A stretch of 64,000 nucleotides of DNA from Candidatus Hydrogenedentota bacterium (GTDB lineage Bacteria > Hydrogenedentota > Hydrogenedentia > Hydrogenedentales > SLHB01). Location: assembly GCA_045863335.1 (NCBI GenBank), contig BTVY01000005.1:68718-132717 (forward strand), written 5' to 3'. Every line of letters begins with the position of its first letter. The stretch's first letter is position 1. The position numbers were made by a program, and so were the translations under genes. Shown here piece by piece: positions 19,005 to 27,749 of this stretch. Under the pieces are notes generated by a model that ran no database searches, was not told the DNA's origin, and worked only from the letters and a program-made list of their open reading frames with translations.

Positions 19005-20666
19005 ATGTCCTCACCTTCTCGACCACGAGATCGCGTACTGCTAGCAGGAATTGCCGCCGGGGTGGCAATCCTCGTCTTTCTCGTTACGGAAATCCCTTAT
19101 CGATATGCCGACACCCACGCCCCGGATGGATCGCGCTTCATCGGCCAGATCGCCATGGGCGACGACATCGCGAGCTACTACTCCTTCATCTATCAAGCAG
19201 CATCCGGGCAATGGTTATTCCGCAACAATATGACCCACATGGACCACGATCCCGTCTTCGTGAACGTGGAGTGGCTCGTCCTGGGCCAGTGCATGGAGCT
19301 CTTTGGGTGGAGTTCCCGAACGACCTTCGACGTGTGGCGTGCCGTGGGCGCGCTGGTGTTGTTCTCGGGCTTCGCTTTTCTGATGTCGCTGGTGCTCGAG
19401 TCTCGACTGCAGAAGATCGCCGCCCTGCTCATGTGCGCGTTTGGCGGCGGCTTCGGCTGGGTCCTTTATCTCTTATCCCTTCGCGGCATCGTGGATATCA
19501 GCACCCGGCTGGGTTTGAAAAACCCCGCGATGGATCTGATCACACCCATACACGCATTCGGTCAAGTCATGAAGAACCCCCATTTCTCCCTGCCCCACGG
19601 CGTGTTCCTGGTTTTCATAGGGATTATGGTTCTCGCAGAGCGTAGCGGGAAACCCCGATGGTACTGGAGCGCGGCGATCGTTGCGGCGGTCCATGGACTG
19701 ATTCGCCCGTATGACCTCATCAGCATCTGGGCCTTCCTGCCTTGCTTCATCGTTCTCGAGGCCTTCCTCGCGCGATCGTGGTCCATCCGCAAGAGTTTGC
19801 TACGGGCCCTGCCATTGATGGTAACGGCGCCGCTTTTGCTCTACTACGTGTATCTTTTCACATTCCACCCCGTCTTCAAATTCTGGGCGAGCCAGGGTGT
19901 GGCTCCTTCGATTCCGACGGTATGGCACCTTCGCGCCTTCGGCTTGGCCGGCGTTCTATGTTTGTACCGCCTCTGCCGGTACCGCACGTACCCCCTCGCC
20001 ACGACAGGAGATCGATTGCTGGTGATTTGGCTCCTGGTTGTCCTGTTCATGTTCCACGCGTACAAAGTGATCCCGCTTATTCCATACTCTCCCCAACTGG
20101 GAATTCCCATCGTATCCGCCATGATCGCACTGGGCGCTCGCGTCTTCCCTCCCGTGTCGGGAAGCCCGCGGCGTATTGCATTATTGGCCGGGGTCACTGC
20201 CTTTCTTGTCATCAATGCATTTAGCACACCGATCTATGTGGATCGCGCGGGACAAGACGCCGCAACAAATGCCCAAAACTACATCCGAATGAAAGACTTG
20301 GAGGCCATCGACTGGCTGAACGAGCGTATCGACGAGAATGACCTGATCGTCTCCGACTATCCGACCGGAACGAAGTTGGCCCGATTTGTTGAGGCGCGCG
20401 TGCTGCTCGGCCATTGGGCCCTAACCCCACACCGGCAGGAGTTGTCTGCAACCGTAGACGGCATGCTCGCGGGTGATATGGGACCCGAGGAAGCCGCGGC
20501 GTTCCTGGAAGACGTCCGCGCTACGTATCTCTACGTTTCTCCCCTGAGAGCTCGCGCTTCACAAGACTACTTCGCGTCAATCCCGGGCCTGCACGCGGAG
20601 TTCGAGAACGGTAGTGTCGCCATCTACCGGGTAATTGCCGAATCCAGGCTGGCAAGTCGTCCGTGA
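19005..20666 (+). CDS. Polytopic membrane protein, probable GT-C-like glycosyltransferase
   Basis: More than 10 TMs, acidic GDD in the first loop, FGGGFGW, NPHF, C-terminal AIDWL...LGHW...FENGSVAIY typical of GT-C-associated domains. Confidence 0.55.
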   Translation: MSSPSRPRDRVLLAGIAAGVAILVFLVTEIPYRYADTHAPDGSRFIGQIAMGDDIASYYSFIYQAASGQWLFRNNMTHMDHDPVFVNVEWLVLGQCMELFGWSSRTTFDVWRAVGALVLFSGFAFLMSLVLESRLQKIAALLMCAFGGGFGWVLYLLSLRGIVDISTRLGLKNPAMDLITPIHAFGQVMKNPHFSLPHGVFLVFIGIMVLAERSGKPRWYWSAAIVAAVHGLIRPYDLISIWAFLPCFIVLEAFLARSWSIRKSLLRALPLMVTAPLLLYYVYLFTFHPVFKFWASQGVAPSIPTVWHLRAFGLAGVLCLYRLCRYRTYPLATTGDRLLVIWLLVVLFMFHAYKVIPLIPYSPQLGIPIVSAMIALGARVFPPVSGSPRRIALLAGVTAFLVINAFSTPIYVDRAGQDAATNAQNYIRMKDLEAIDWLNERIDENDLIVSDYPTGTKLARFVEARVLLGHWALTPHRQELSATVDGMLAGDMGPEEAAAFLEDVRATYLYVSPLRARASQDYFASIPGLHAEFENGSVAIYRVIAESRLASRP

Positions 20667-20784
20667 CGGCGCTGCCCGATGCCGGTATGTGATCCGATGC
20701 TCCTTGACTAACGAACGTCGAACTTGAAAGACTCTCTTGAACCGTGCGGAACTTTGGTTCTGTGCAGTGGATGAATCCCATTAC

Positions 20785-21675
20785 ATGAACATTCGATCCT
20801 TAGCCGTCTCTTTTCTCGCCTTGTCAGGCCTTGTCTCATTGGCGGGGTGTGGCACGGGCTTTATCGAAGGTACGGTTGTAGATATTACCGGCGAAACCCT
20901 GCCGGGGGTTGCGGTGGAGGTGCGTGGCATGCCCTATGAAGGGCTCAGCGACGCCCACGGGCGCTACCGCGTGAAGTACCAGCCCGGCGATTTGGAGCTG
21001 TACTTCGCGAAAACCGGCTATACGCCCGGCATGCTCGTCCTGTCCGTCAACGAGATGCGTAGTGTCGAAGCGACGCCCGTTGTCTTGTGGCGCTTGCCAG
21101 ACGGCGGCGGCGTCTATCTTTACGAAGAGCACCGGTACCGGCGAACCGACTTTATCCCACCGGCCGAATTCCGATCCATCGACAACTCGGCGGAAGCTGG
21201 CAGCATCTTTGGCACGACCCGGTGGCCGACCGTGGAAACCGCCGACCGCGAGCCGTTGATCCTCTGCTACAAGATGCCCGTCTACGGGTGCAAACTCTAT
21301 CAAATGAATCTCATCGAGACACGGCCTATTGCCGACGACACGGGCAGCACCACCGTTTCCGCGTGGGTGCCCGGCGAGGACATCCCAATTGTCACCGAAC
21401 CTATCGATGCACCCGAAGGTCTTCTCGTGCGGATTCGTCCCTCGAATCCCTTGGAAGTTGGCAGCTACGCCGCTCATTGGGGAGCCTTGGACGGAACCCC
21501 GGCCGAGAACGAGCAACGCATGTTCTTCTTTAGCGTGGTCGATGTCATCACGCCGCCTGCCGAACCGCTTCCAGAGGAGCCGCCTGCCGAACCGCTTCCA
21601 GAGGAGCCCCCTGCCGAACCCGCGCCGCAACCCGTGGAAGAGGAAGAAGTAGACAACGGCGAATTCGAGGGCTGA
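20785..21675 (+). CDS. Lipoprotein with carboxypeptidase-regulatory-like domain and Pro/Glu-rich tail
   Basis: LAGC lipobox; IEGTVVDITGETLPGVAV...SDAHGRY...KTGY; duplicated PAEPLPEEP (27-bp repeat at about 21552-21620). Confidence 0.75.
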   Translation: MNIRSLAVSFLALSGLVSLAGCGTGFIEGTVVDITGETLPGVAVEVRGMPYEGLSDAHGRYRVKYQPGDLELYFAKTGYTPGMLVLSVNEMRSVEATPVVLWRLPDGGGVYLYEEHRYRRTDFIPPAEFRSIDNSAEAGSIFGTTRWPTVETADREPLILCYKMPVYGCKLYQMNLIETRPIADDTGSTTVSAWVPGEDIPIVTEPIDAPEGLLVRIRPSNPLEVGSYAAHWGALDGTPAENEQRMFFFSVVDVITPPAEPLPEEPPAEPLPEEPPAEPAPQPVEEEEVDNGEFEG

Positions 21676-21971
21676 TATCGGACGGGTACGATTCCCCTCC
21701 CGGTGGTTCTCGTGTACCCAGATTCCGACCAAACTTCGTGGGCGTTCCATGTCTTCCGGTGAGCCCGGCACTCGTCGATCACATCTCGGTCCGCACCAGG
21801 GAGCGGGGCAACATTACCGGTTGGGTCGGCGCCCAATTGGATCACAATAGAAGTGGACAGGTATCATCCACGCCCCGCGGAAGACCCATCTGATCTTTTG
21901 ATCGTTCCGCTCCGCTTGCATGATCCGGTCCGTGACCGATACTCTACGGATCTCTCAACAAAGGAAGTTTC

Positions 21972-22922
21972 ATGAAACGACAATATGTGCAGACCCTCCA
22001 GGAGGGAGATACGGTTAACGATTATTTCGTCGCGACGCGCAAGGATTTGCGTGATCAACAGAAGGGTGGCAAATTCCTCGGCATGGTGTTCAAAGATCGG
22101 ACCGGGGAAATCGGCGGCATCCTCTGGAACAACGCCGCCGCGGTAGCGCGACTGTTCGAGTTGGGCGATGTGGTCAACGTGAAAGGTTCCGTCACCAGCT
22201 ACCAGGACCGGCTCCAGATCCGCGTAGACCAGGTATTGCCCTTGCGCGAAGACGAGTATAACCCTGAAGATCTCGTCTTCACGCCGGAAGACACGAGCAA
22301 TATCTTCAAAGAGTTTCAAGCCATCATGGGCACGGTGGAAAACGAGTGGCTCCGTAAACTCATCGGAGCATTCCTTGAAGACCAGGATTTTGTGACGAAG
22401 TTTGCCGCCGCCGCCGCGGGCAAAAAGTGGCACCACGCGTATCGCGGGGGCCTGGTCCAGCATTGCACCGAGATCGCGCGGCTAGCCATCGCCACGTGCC
22501 AGGTGTTCCCCCAGATCGATCGCGACGTGTTGCTGACCGGCGTGCTCGTTCATGACATCGGCAAAATCGAAGAGATGACCCAAGACCTTTTCGTGGAATA
22601 CACGACGACCGGCAAGTTGCTCGGCCACCTCACCATCGGCACCGAGATGGTGCAACGCAAAATCGATGGTATCCCGGGCTTTCCCGAAACGCTGCGCTTG
22701 CAGGTGTTGCACTGTGTGTTGTCGCACCACGGCGAACTCACCAACGGTTCCCCCGTCGTGCCCAAGACGCTCGAAGCGCTCGTCCTTTACCACCTCGATA
22801 ACCTCGACGCCCAAACTGACGCGTTTATCCGTCTTATCGCCGAGACGCGCGACAAGGGTCAGAACTGGTCGGACTACATCACCATGATCGATCGCCAAGT
22901 CTGGACGAAGGAAGGGCTGTAG
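21972..22922 (+). CDS. yhaM: 3'-5' exoribonuclease YhaM family (OB-fold + HD)
   Basis: DRTGEI OB-fold, HHAYRGGL..H, HDIGK, LLGHL, SHHG, DNLDA. Confidence 0.88.
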   Translation: MKRQYVQTLQEGDTVNDYFVATRKDLRDQQKGGKFLGMVFKDRTGEIGGILWNNAAAVARLFELGDVVNVKGSVTSYQDRLQIRVDQVLPLREDEYNPEDLVFTPEDTSNIFKEFQAIMGTVENEWLRKLIGAFLEDQDFVTKFAAAAAGKKWHHAYRGGLVQHCTEIARLAIATCQVFPQIDRDVLLTGVLVHDIGKIEEMTQDLFVEYTTTGKLLGHLTIGTEMVQRKIDGIPGFPETLRLQVLHCVLSHHGELTNGSPVVPKTLEALVLYHLDNLDAQTDAFIRLIAETRDKGQNWSDYITMIDRQVWTKEGL

Positions 22923-22955
22923 CGCTGTAGATGAATCTCATCCGGGGACTGCACG

Positions 22956-24227
22956 TTGGCCGACGATACCGCGAACACGAGGACAGCTGACGGACGGCCA
23001 TCGTTCCTGCGCACGCTTCTACCCGGCCTGCTCGTTGCCGCTACGGGCGTCGGTGCGGGCGATCTGGCGACCGCAAGCCTCACTGGCGCTCATCTCGGCG
23101 TTGCCATCTTGTGGGCAGTGGTCCTGGGCGCTTTCCTGAAGTTTGTGCTGACCGAAGGCCTTGGCCGCTGGCAACTCGCTACGGGGAAGACCTTCCTGGA
23201 AGGTTGCGCCGAGCATATGGGCATACCCTTCCTGATCGCCTTCTTTGCGTACCTCTTTCCCTGGAGCTTCTTCGTGGGGTCCGCCATGATGAGCGCCTGC
23301 GGCGTTACGATGCACGCCTGGCTCCCCTTCTTTGAAGATGCGTCGACCGGAAAGATCGTCTACGGCATTGGTCACGGAATCGCGGGAGTCCTCTTGATCC
23401 GCGCCGGCGGCTACCGCTTGTTCAGCCGCGTGATGAGCGTCTGTATCGGCCTCATGTTCGTGACCGTCATCACGGCCGCGGTCCTGCAACCCGTCGATTG
23501 GGCCGCGGTCCTTCGCGGTCTAATCGACCCGCGGATCCCCGACTTGTCCCCCGAAGCACGGTCGTGGACCATCGCCCTCATGGGCGGCGTCGGCGGTACG
23601 CTCACGGTGCTGTGCTACGGATACTGGATCCGCGAAGAAGGGCGTGCCGGAAAATCCGCCGCGCGAACCTGTCGCATCGACCTGGGTGCGGGATACACCA
23701 TGACCGCGCTCTTTGGCATCGCCATGGTTATCATCGGCAGCCAGGTCACGGTAGAAGGCAAAGGCGCCACCCTTATCGTCGACCTTTCTGACCAGCTCGG
23801 CAACACCATCGGCGCTTATGCCAAGTGGGTCTTTCTCGCCGGGGCGTACGGCGCAGTATTCAGCAGCCTCCTGGGCGTTTGGCAAAGCGTGCCGTACATC
23901 TTCGCGGATGTCGTCTCCTTGACGATGCGGGATAACGACGAAAAGCGGGCTGTCCGCGTGTCAGAGAACTCGGCCACCTACCGGACCTATCTGTACTTGC
24001 TCGCAACGGTGCCGATGTTGGGTCTGTTTTACGGGTTCGGGGCCATGCAGAAGATCTACGCCGTCATCGGCGCCGGTTTCATGCCTTTCCTGGCATTTGC
24101 CCTGCTGTACTTAAACGGGCACAAAATCTGGGTGGGCCGGGAATTCAAGAATAGCCCCATCACGTCACTCATTCTCGGCGGGATTCTCTTATTCTTTCTC
24201 TATGCCGGCTGGCAGGAGATCCGGTAA
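22956..24227 (+). CDS. Nramp-related divalent metal transporter family protein
   Basis: PGLLVAATGVGAGDL, LKFVLTEGLGRWQLATG, MGGVGG; 11-12 TMs. Confidence 0.8.
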   Translation: MADDTANTRTADGRPSFLRTLLPGLLVAATGVGAGDLATASLTGAHLGVAILWAVVLGAFLKFVLTEGLGRWQLATGKTFLEGCAEHMGIPFLIAFFAYLFPWSFFVGSAMMSACGVTMHAWLPFFEDASTGKIVYGIGHGIAGVLLIRAGGYRLFSRVMSVCIGLMFVTVITAAVLQPVDWAAVLRGLIDPRIPDLSPEARSWTIALMGGVGGTLTVLCYGYWIREEGRAGKSAARTCRIDLGAGYTMTALFGIAMVIIGSQVTVEGKGATLIVDLSDQLGNTIGAYAKWVFLAGAYGAVFSSLLGVWQSVPYIFADVVSLTMRDNDEKRAVRVSENSATYRTYLYLLATVPMLGLFYGFGAMQKIYAVIGAGFMPFLAFALLYLNGHKIWVGREFKNSPITSLILGGILLFFLYAGWQEIR

Positions 24228-24247
24228 GCACCTCCCACTTTCACGTG

Positions 24248-25192
24248 CTATAAACTGGGCCCGCGCTTCCGGTACCAGTCGACCGTCCGCTTCAGTCCCT
24301 CACCTACAGTGACCTGTGGTTTATAACCGAAGGCCTGTAAAGCCCGCGTGATATCCGCACAGGACCGGCTGATATCCCCTTTTCGCGCGGCTTCGAATAG
24401 CGGTTCCAGTTTTGTCCCAAAGATGTCATTCAATAGCGCAACAATTCCCAGAATAGATGTCTCGGCGCCACACGCCGCGTTGTACACCCCAGCGACAGAA
24501 CCCTCCGCTTCGCATGCGCGGATGTTCGCCTCCACCACGTTGTCGATGTAGCTGAAGTCGCGCGATTGGCGGCCATTGCCATGCACCGGAGGCCGTTCCC
24601 CACGCAGCAACCGGTTGATAAAGATCGGAATAACGGCCGCGTACTGGCTCCCCGGATCCTGGCGCGGCCCGAAGACGTTAAAGTATCGTAGGCCAACGAT
24701 ATCCATTCCATAGAGCGCGGAAAATACACGGGCATAGTGCTCCATTGCGGCTTTGCTGACACCATACGGAGAGATGGGTTGCGTACTGAGGTCCTCGTGG
24801 ACCGGGCTTACCTCGGCATTCCCATAGACTGAAGACGATGACGCGTAGACGATACGTCGAACCCCCGCGTCTCTTGCTGCGAGAAAAACGTTGAGCGAAC
24901 CTTCTACATTGACTCGATTGGTCGTAATTGGGTCCGAGACAGACCGCGGGACAGATGGGACCGCCGCTTGATGAAAACAACATTTCACGCCGTCCATTGC
25001 GGCCGCCACTAAGTCTGTGTCGCAGATACTCCCCTCAAAAAAATCGACTTCTGCTGCAATCTCCTCCAGATTAGCCCAGTGTCCGGTGGATAAGTCATCC
25101 AGGACGCGTACGCCATATCCGCGGTTAAGAAGTGCTCTTACCAGATTACTACCAATGAATCCGGCACCGCCAGTCACCAGACATGTCGCCAT
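24248..25192 (-). CDS. NAD-dependent UDP-sugar 4-epimerase (extended SDR, WbpP-like)
   Basis: TGGAGFIGS, HQAAVPSVPRS, SSSSVYG, PYGVSK, LRYFNVFGPRQDP. Confidence 0.92.
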   Translation of the reverse strand: MATCLVTGGAGFIGSNLVRALLNRGYGVRVLDDLSTGHWANLEEIAAEVDFFEGSICDTDLVAAAMDGVKCCFHQAAVPSVPRSVSDPITTNRVNVEGSLNVFLAARDAGVRRIVYASSSSVYGNAEVSPVHEDLSTQPISPYGVSKAAMEHYARVFSALYGMDIVGLRYFNVFGPRQDPGSQYAAVIPIFINRLLRGERPPVHGNGRQSRDFSYIDNVVEANIRACEAEGSVAGVYNAACGAETSILGIVALLNDIFGTKLEPLFEAARKGDISRSCADITRALQAFGYKPQVTVGEGLKRTVDWYRKRGPSL

Positions 25193-25399
25193 ACAAGGTC
25201 TCCCAGGAAAGGGCAGCGTACTTAATGCTTGTTACTGCACGCGATGTCCTTTTAGGCTATATAATATTTACACAAAACAAGTTACGCAAGTGAAGAGGGA
25301 TATATCGCGACGTCTACTTGAGAATCTCCATCGGAATTGCGACGGAAAGACTAAGCTTTCTTATCAAACACCCCATAATTCAGCTGGAATATAGAAAAC

Positions 25400-25720
25400 C
25401 AACAGTCAACCACAACATATAGCGTGATGTCTTTTTTGTGATATCCCCAACTTATCCACAAGGACTTTAGAATCTATTTACGTGTGATCCTCGAGTATAT
25501 AAAAATCCCGTAAAAACCGATTCTGTCTTTATTATTTTTTATAAATTATAATATACCAATATTTTACATAAATGAATCTCAAATAAATCTCGGCCAGAAT
25601 AAACAGAAGCTATGCCGAAAACATGTCAGCTAGACAACCTCCTAAGGTTATTTCCCCATAGTTTTCCACAAGTCACTTTAAGAAAGCTTAGGAGCATATC
25701 CACCATATATTGGAACGTAA
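25400..25720. promoter_or_regulatory. AT-rich DnaA-box cluster downstream of dnaN (possible second oriC sub-region)
   Basis: TTATCCACA 25452-25460, TTTTCCACA 25662-25670, degenerate ATATCCACC near 25696; very AT-rich tract at about 25495-25590. Confidence 0.6.
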
Positions 25721-25760
25721 ATCCAGTAGTTTGCGCGGAATTAAGCGAATCAAAATTACT

Positions 25761-25795
25761 AAGGCCCGATCCCGCCTAACACGGGACCGGGCCTT
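25761..25795 (-). terminator. Hairpin downstream of dnaN
   Basis: AAGGCCCGATCCC...GGGACCGGGCCTT, followed by an AT-rich tail on the minus strand. Confidence 0.55.
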
Positions 25796-25830
25796 CAGAA
25801 TCACTCACCAACGAGTGGTACCTACCTTTT

Positions 25831-26937
25831 CTAGATTCGAATCGGCATCACCACGTTCAGGTAGTTGTCTTGTGGGCCATCGGCGTATGGTTTTACCATT
25901 CCTGGGCTCATCGCATCTTTCAGAACTAGACAGAGCTTTTCCGTGTCGATGCGACGTAACACCTCTAAGAGAAAGTCCGGATTGAAAGCAATTTCCACAT
26001 GCTCGCCGGAATACTCAATAGGCATCTCTTCCTGATACTCACCCACTTCAGGTGTTACCACATGCAATGACAAAACGCCATCCTGTAGACCAAAGCGGAC
26101 AGAATTGAATTTCTCATTCGTCATCGTACGAGTGCGGCGCACAGCTTCCAGAAAAGCCGATGTATTCAGGTAGGCTTCCTTGTCATGCTTCTTTGGAATG
26201 ACCATGTCATAATTCGGAAAGTTCCCTTCGATAAGGGCCGTCACTAGACGAATCGAGTCAAAAGAAAACGCTGCCTGGGTTTCATCGAGATAGACGCTGA
26301 CTTCTCCGTCATCTCCCAAGAGCCTCTCTAGTTCCCCAATCATTTTTCCTGGAATTATGACCTTGATATTCAACCCCTCAGGAATACCGTCCGACTCCAT
26401 ATACAAGCTCATCCGTCGGCCGTCGGTGGCCACCGCGGTCAACTTCCCACCGCTCAACTCGAATAACAACCCAGTCAGGTTATAACGTGCCTGATCGGAG
26501 CAAATCGCGAAGCTCGTACGATGAAACATGCGCTTCAACAGCGGTTGAGGAAGTACGATAGGTTCTATCCCCTCGAACGCGCGTACAGGAGGAAACTCGT
26601 CTGCCGACATACTGAAAAGCTTTGTATGAATCTTTCCGCTTTCCAACGTAATGACGTTATTGTCGCCGAGATGTAGCGTTAGGTCTCCATCAGGAAGCTC
26701 TGCCAAAATAGACGACAAGCGCTGTGACGAAACGGTCATCGAACCCGGCTCTTCCACGGTACAATCCACCGTACATTCAATGCTCACCTTGAGATCGGTC
26801 GCTGTCAGCTTGGCGGAACTTTCCCCGGTCTCCATGAGGATGTGTGAAAGAATCGGCAAAGCGGACTTCGGCGATACAACGGTCTTAACCTTATTGACCG
26901 CATCGAGCAAATCCTGACGGGGTATGACAATCTTCAT
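25831..26937 (-). CDS. dnaN: DNA polymerase III beta sliding clamp
   Basis: LPILSHIL, LTATDL, ARYNLTG, VATDGRR, LIEGNFPNY, IAFNPDFLLE, VVMPIRI; GGAGAGG RBS. Confidence 0.97.
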   Translation of the reverse strand: MKIVIPRQDLLDAVNKVKTVVSPKSALPILSHILMETGESSAKLTATDLKVSIECTVDCTVEEPGSMTVSSQRLSSILAELPDGDLTLHLGDNNVITLESGKIHTKLFSMSADEFPPVRAFEGIEPIVLPQPLLKRMFHRTSFAICSDQARYNLTGLLFELSGGKLTAVATDGRRMSLYMESDGIPEGLNIKVIIPGKMIGELERLLGDDGEVSVYLDETQAAFSFDSIRLVTALIEGNFPNYDMVIPKKHDKEAYLNTSAFLEAVRRTRTMTNEKFNSVRFGLQDGVLSLHVVTPEVGEYQEEMPIEYSGEHVEIAFNPDFLLEVLRRIDTEKLCLVLKDAMSPGMVKPYADGPQDNYLNVVMPIRI

Positions 26938-26989
26938 GACATCCTCTCCAAATCCGACATGCTTTGATTTGTTTTCTGCTCTTCTACGT

Positions 26990-27560
26990 ATTGACTATAT
27001 TTAAATTTAGTAGTGATAGTCTTAGGGCCTGTGTAAACTGTGGGTAACTTAATTAAGTTATTTAACACCAGATATTTACCATGTCAGTAAACCTATGGAT
27101 AATTTGCTAAGGTAATGCACAGTTTTCACAAAGATGACTAAGTCAATCCCTTCGCTCTTCTCAGGCGCGGACAATATCTGGAAAACACGACAAGTTATTC
27201 AGATTGGTTGAACAGGTTTTACACACGTTTTTACCAATCCCGCCGGGATATTGTGGTTCGAAAGTTATCCACAGCCGTTCCCGCTTGACATCACACTGCT
27301 TGTGACGCGAACGGCCGAACATACTCACGGTGACTATAATCACCTCGTAAACAGATGAACTACATGTCAGGTCCGCTGGGATTAACCAAGTAAGATTAAA
27401 CTTTTCAACAGGTTATATCAGGTTTACAGACCTGGACCTGGATTCCTGTCGTGGTTGTAAGCCAAGGGTCCGCAATGACTTGGTAAAGTGAGGTGGCAGC
27501 CGAGGTTCGGCCAGTGCCAAGTTCGTCTATGCAACTTATCCACACCTTATTCACGGGTAA
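26990..27560. other. Chromosomal replication origin (oriC) candidate
   Basis: Minus strand TTACCCACA-GTTTACACA-GGCCC-TAAGACTATCACTACTAA-ATTTAAATATA (27047 to ~26996). Further boxes TTATCCACA 27265-27273 and 27536-27544, TTTTACACA 27217-27225, and one-mismatch boxes at 27094, 27122 and 27547. Non-coding and AT-rich. Confidence 0.85.
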
Positions 27561-27749
27561 AAGAAGTGGAAAACTAACCCCGGGCGCCATGCTATCAGAG
27601 GGTAACTTGAAAAGCAAGCAACCGTAGATGCTCCCTGAAGACAAAGAATCGTTCTAATATCCCTGATACCAGCGATATAGCTCCGATAAACGTTTCATCT
27701 GGCTTGTCGCAATTCAGAAAAACATGTCCGGTCTCTTAAGCGCTCAGAG

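Noticed and set aside
21680-21970. Possible ncRNA (6S/SRP) upstream of yhaM
   Set aside because: No recognisable conserved motif by eye; an Rfam search would be needed.
24236-24252. parS-like TTTCACGTG
   Set aside because: Only a half-site; the right arm does not match.
27161-27644. Small ORFs upstream of dnaN as a dnaA remnant
   Set aside because: No AAA+ or domain IV similarity; peptides such as LWIT and VWIS are just translated DnaA boxes.
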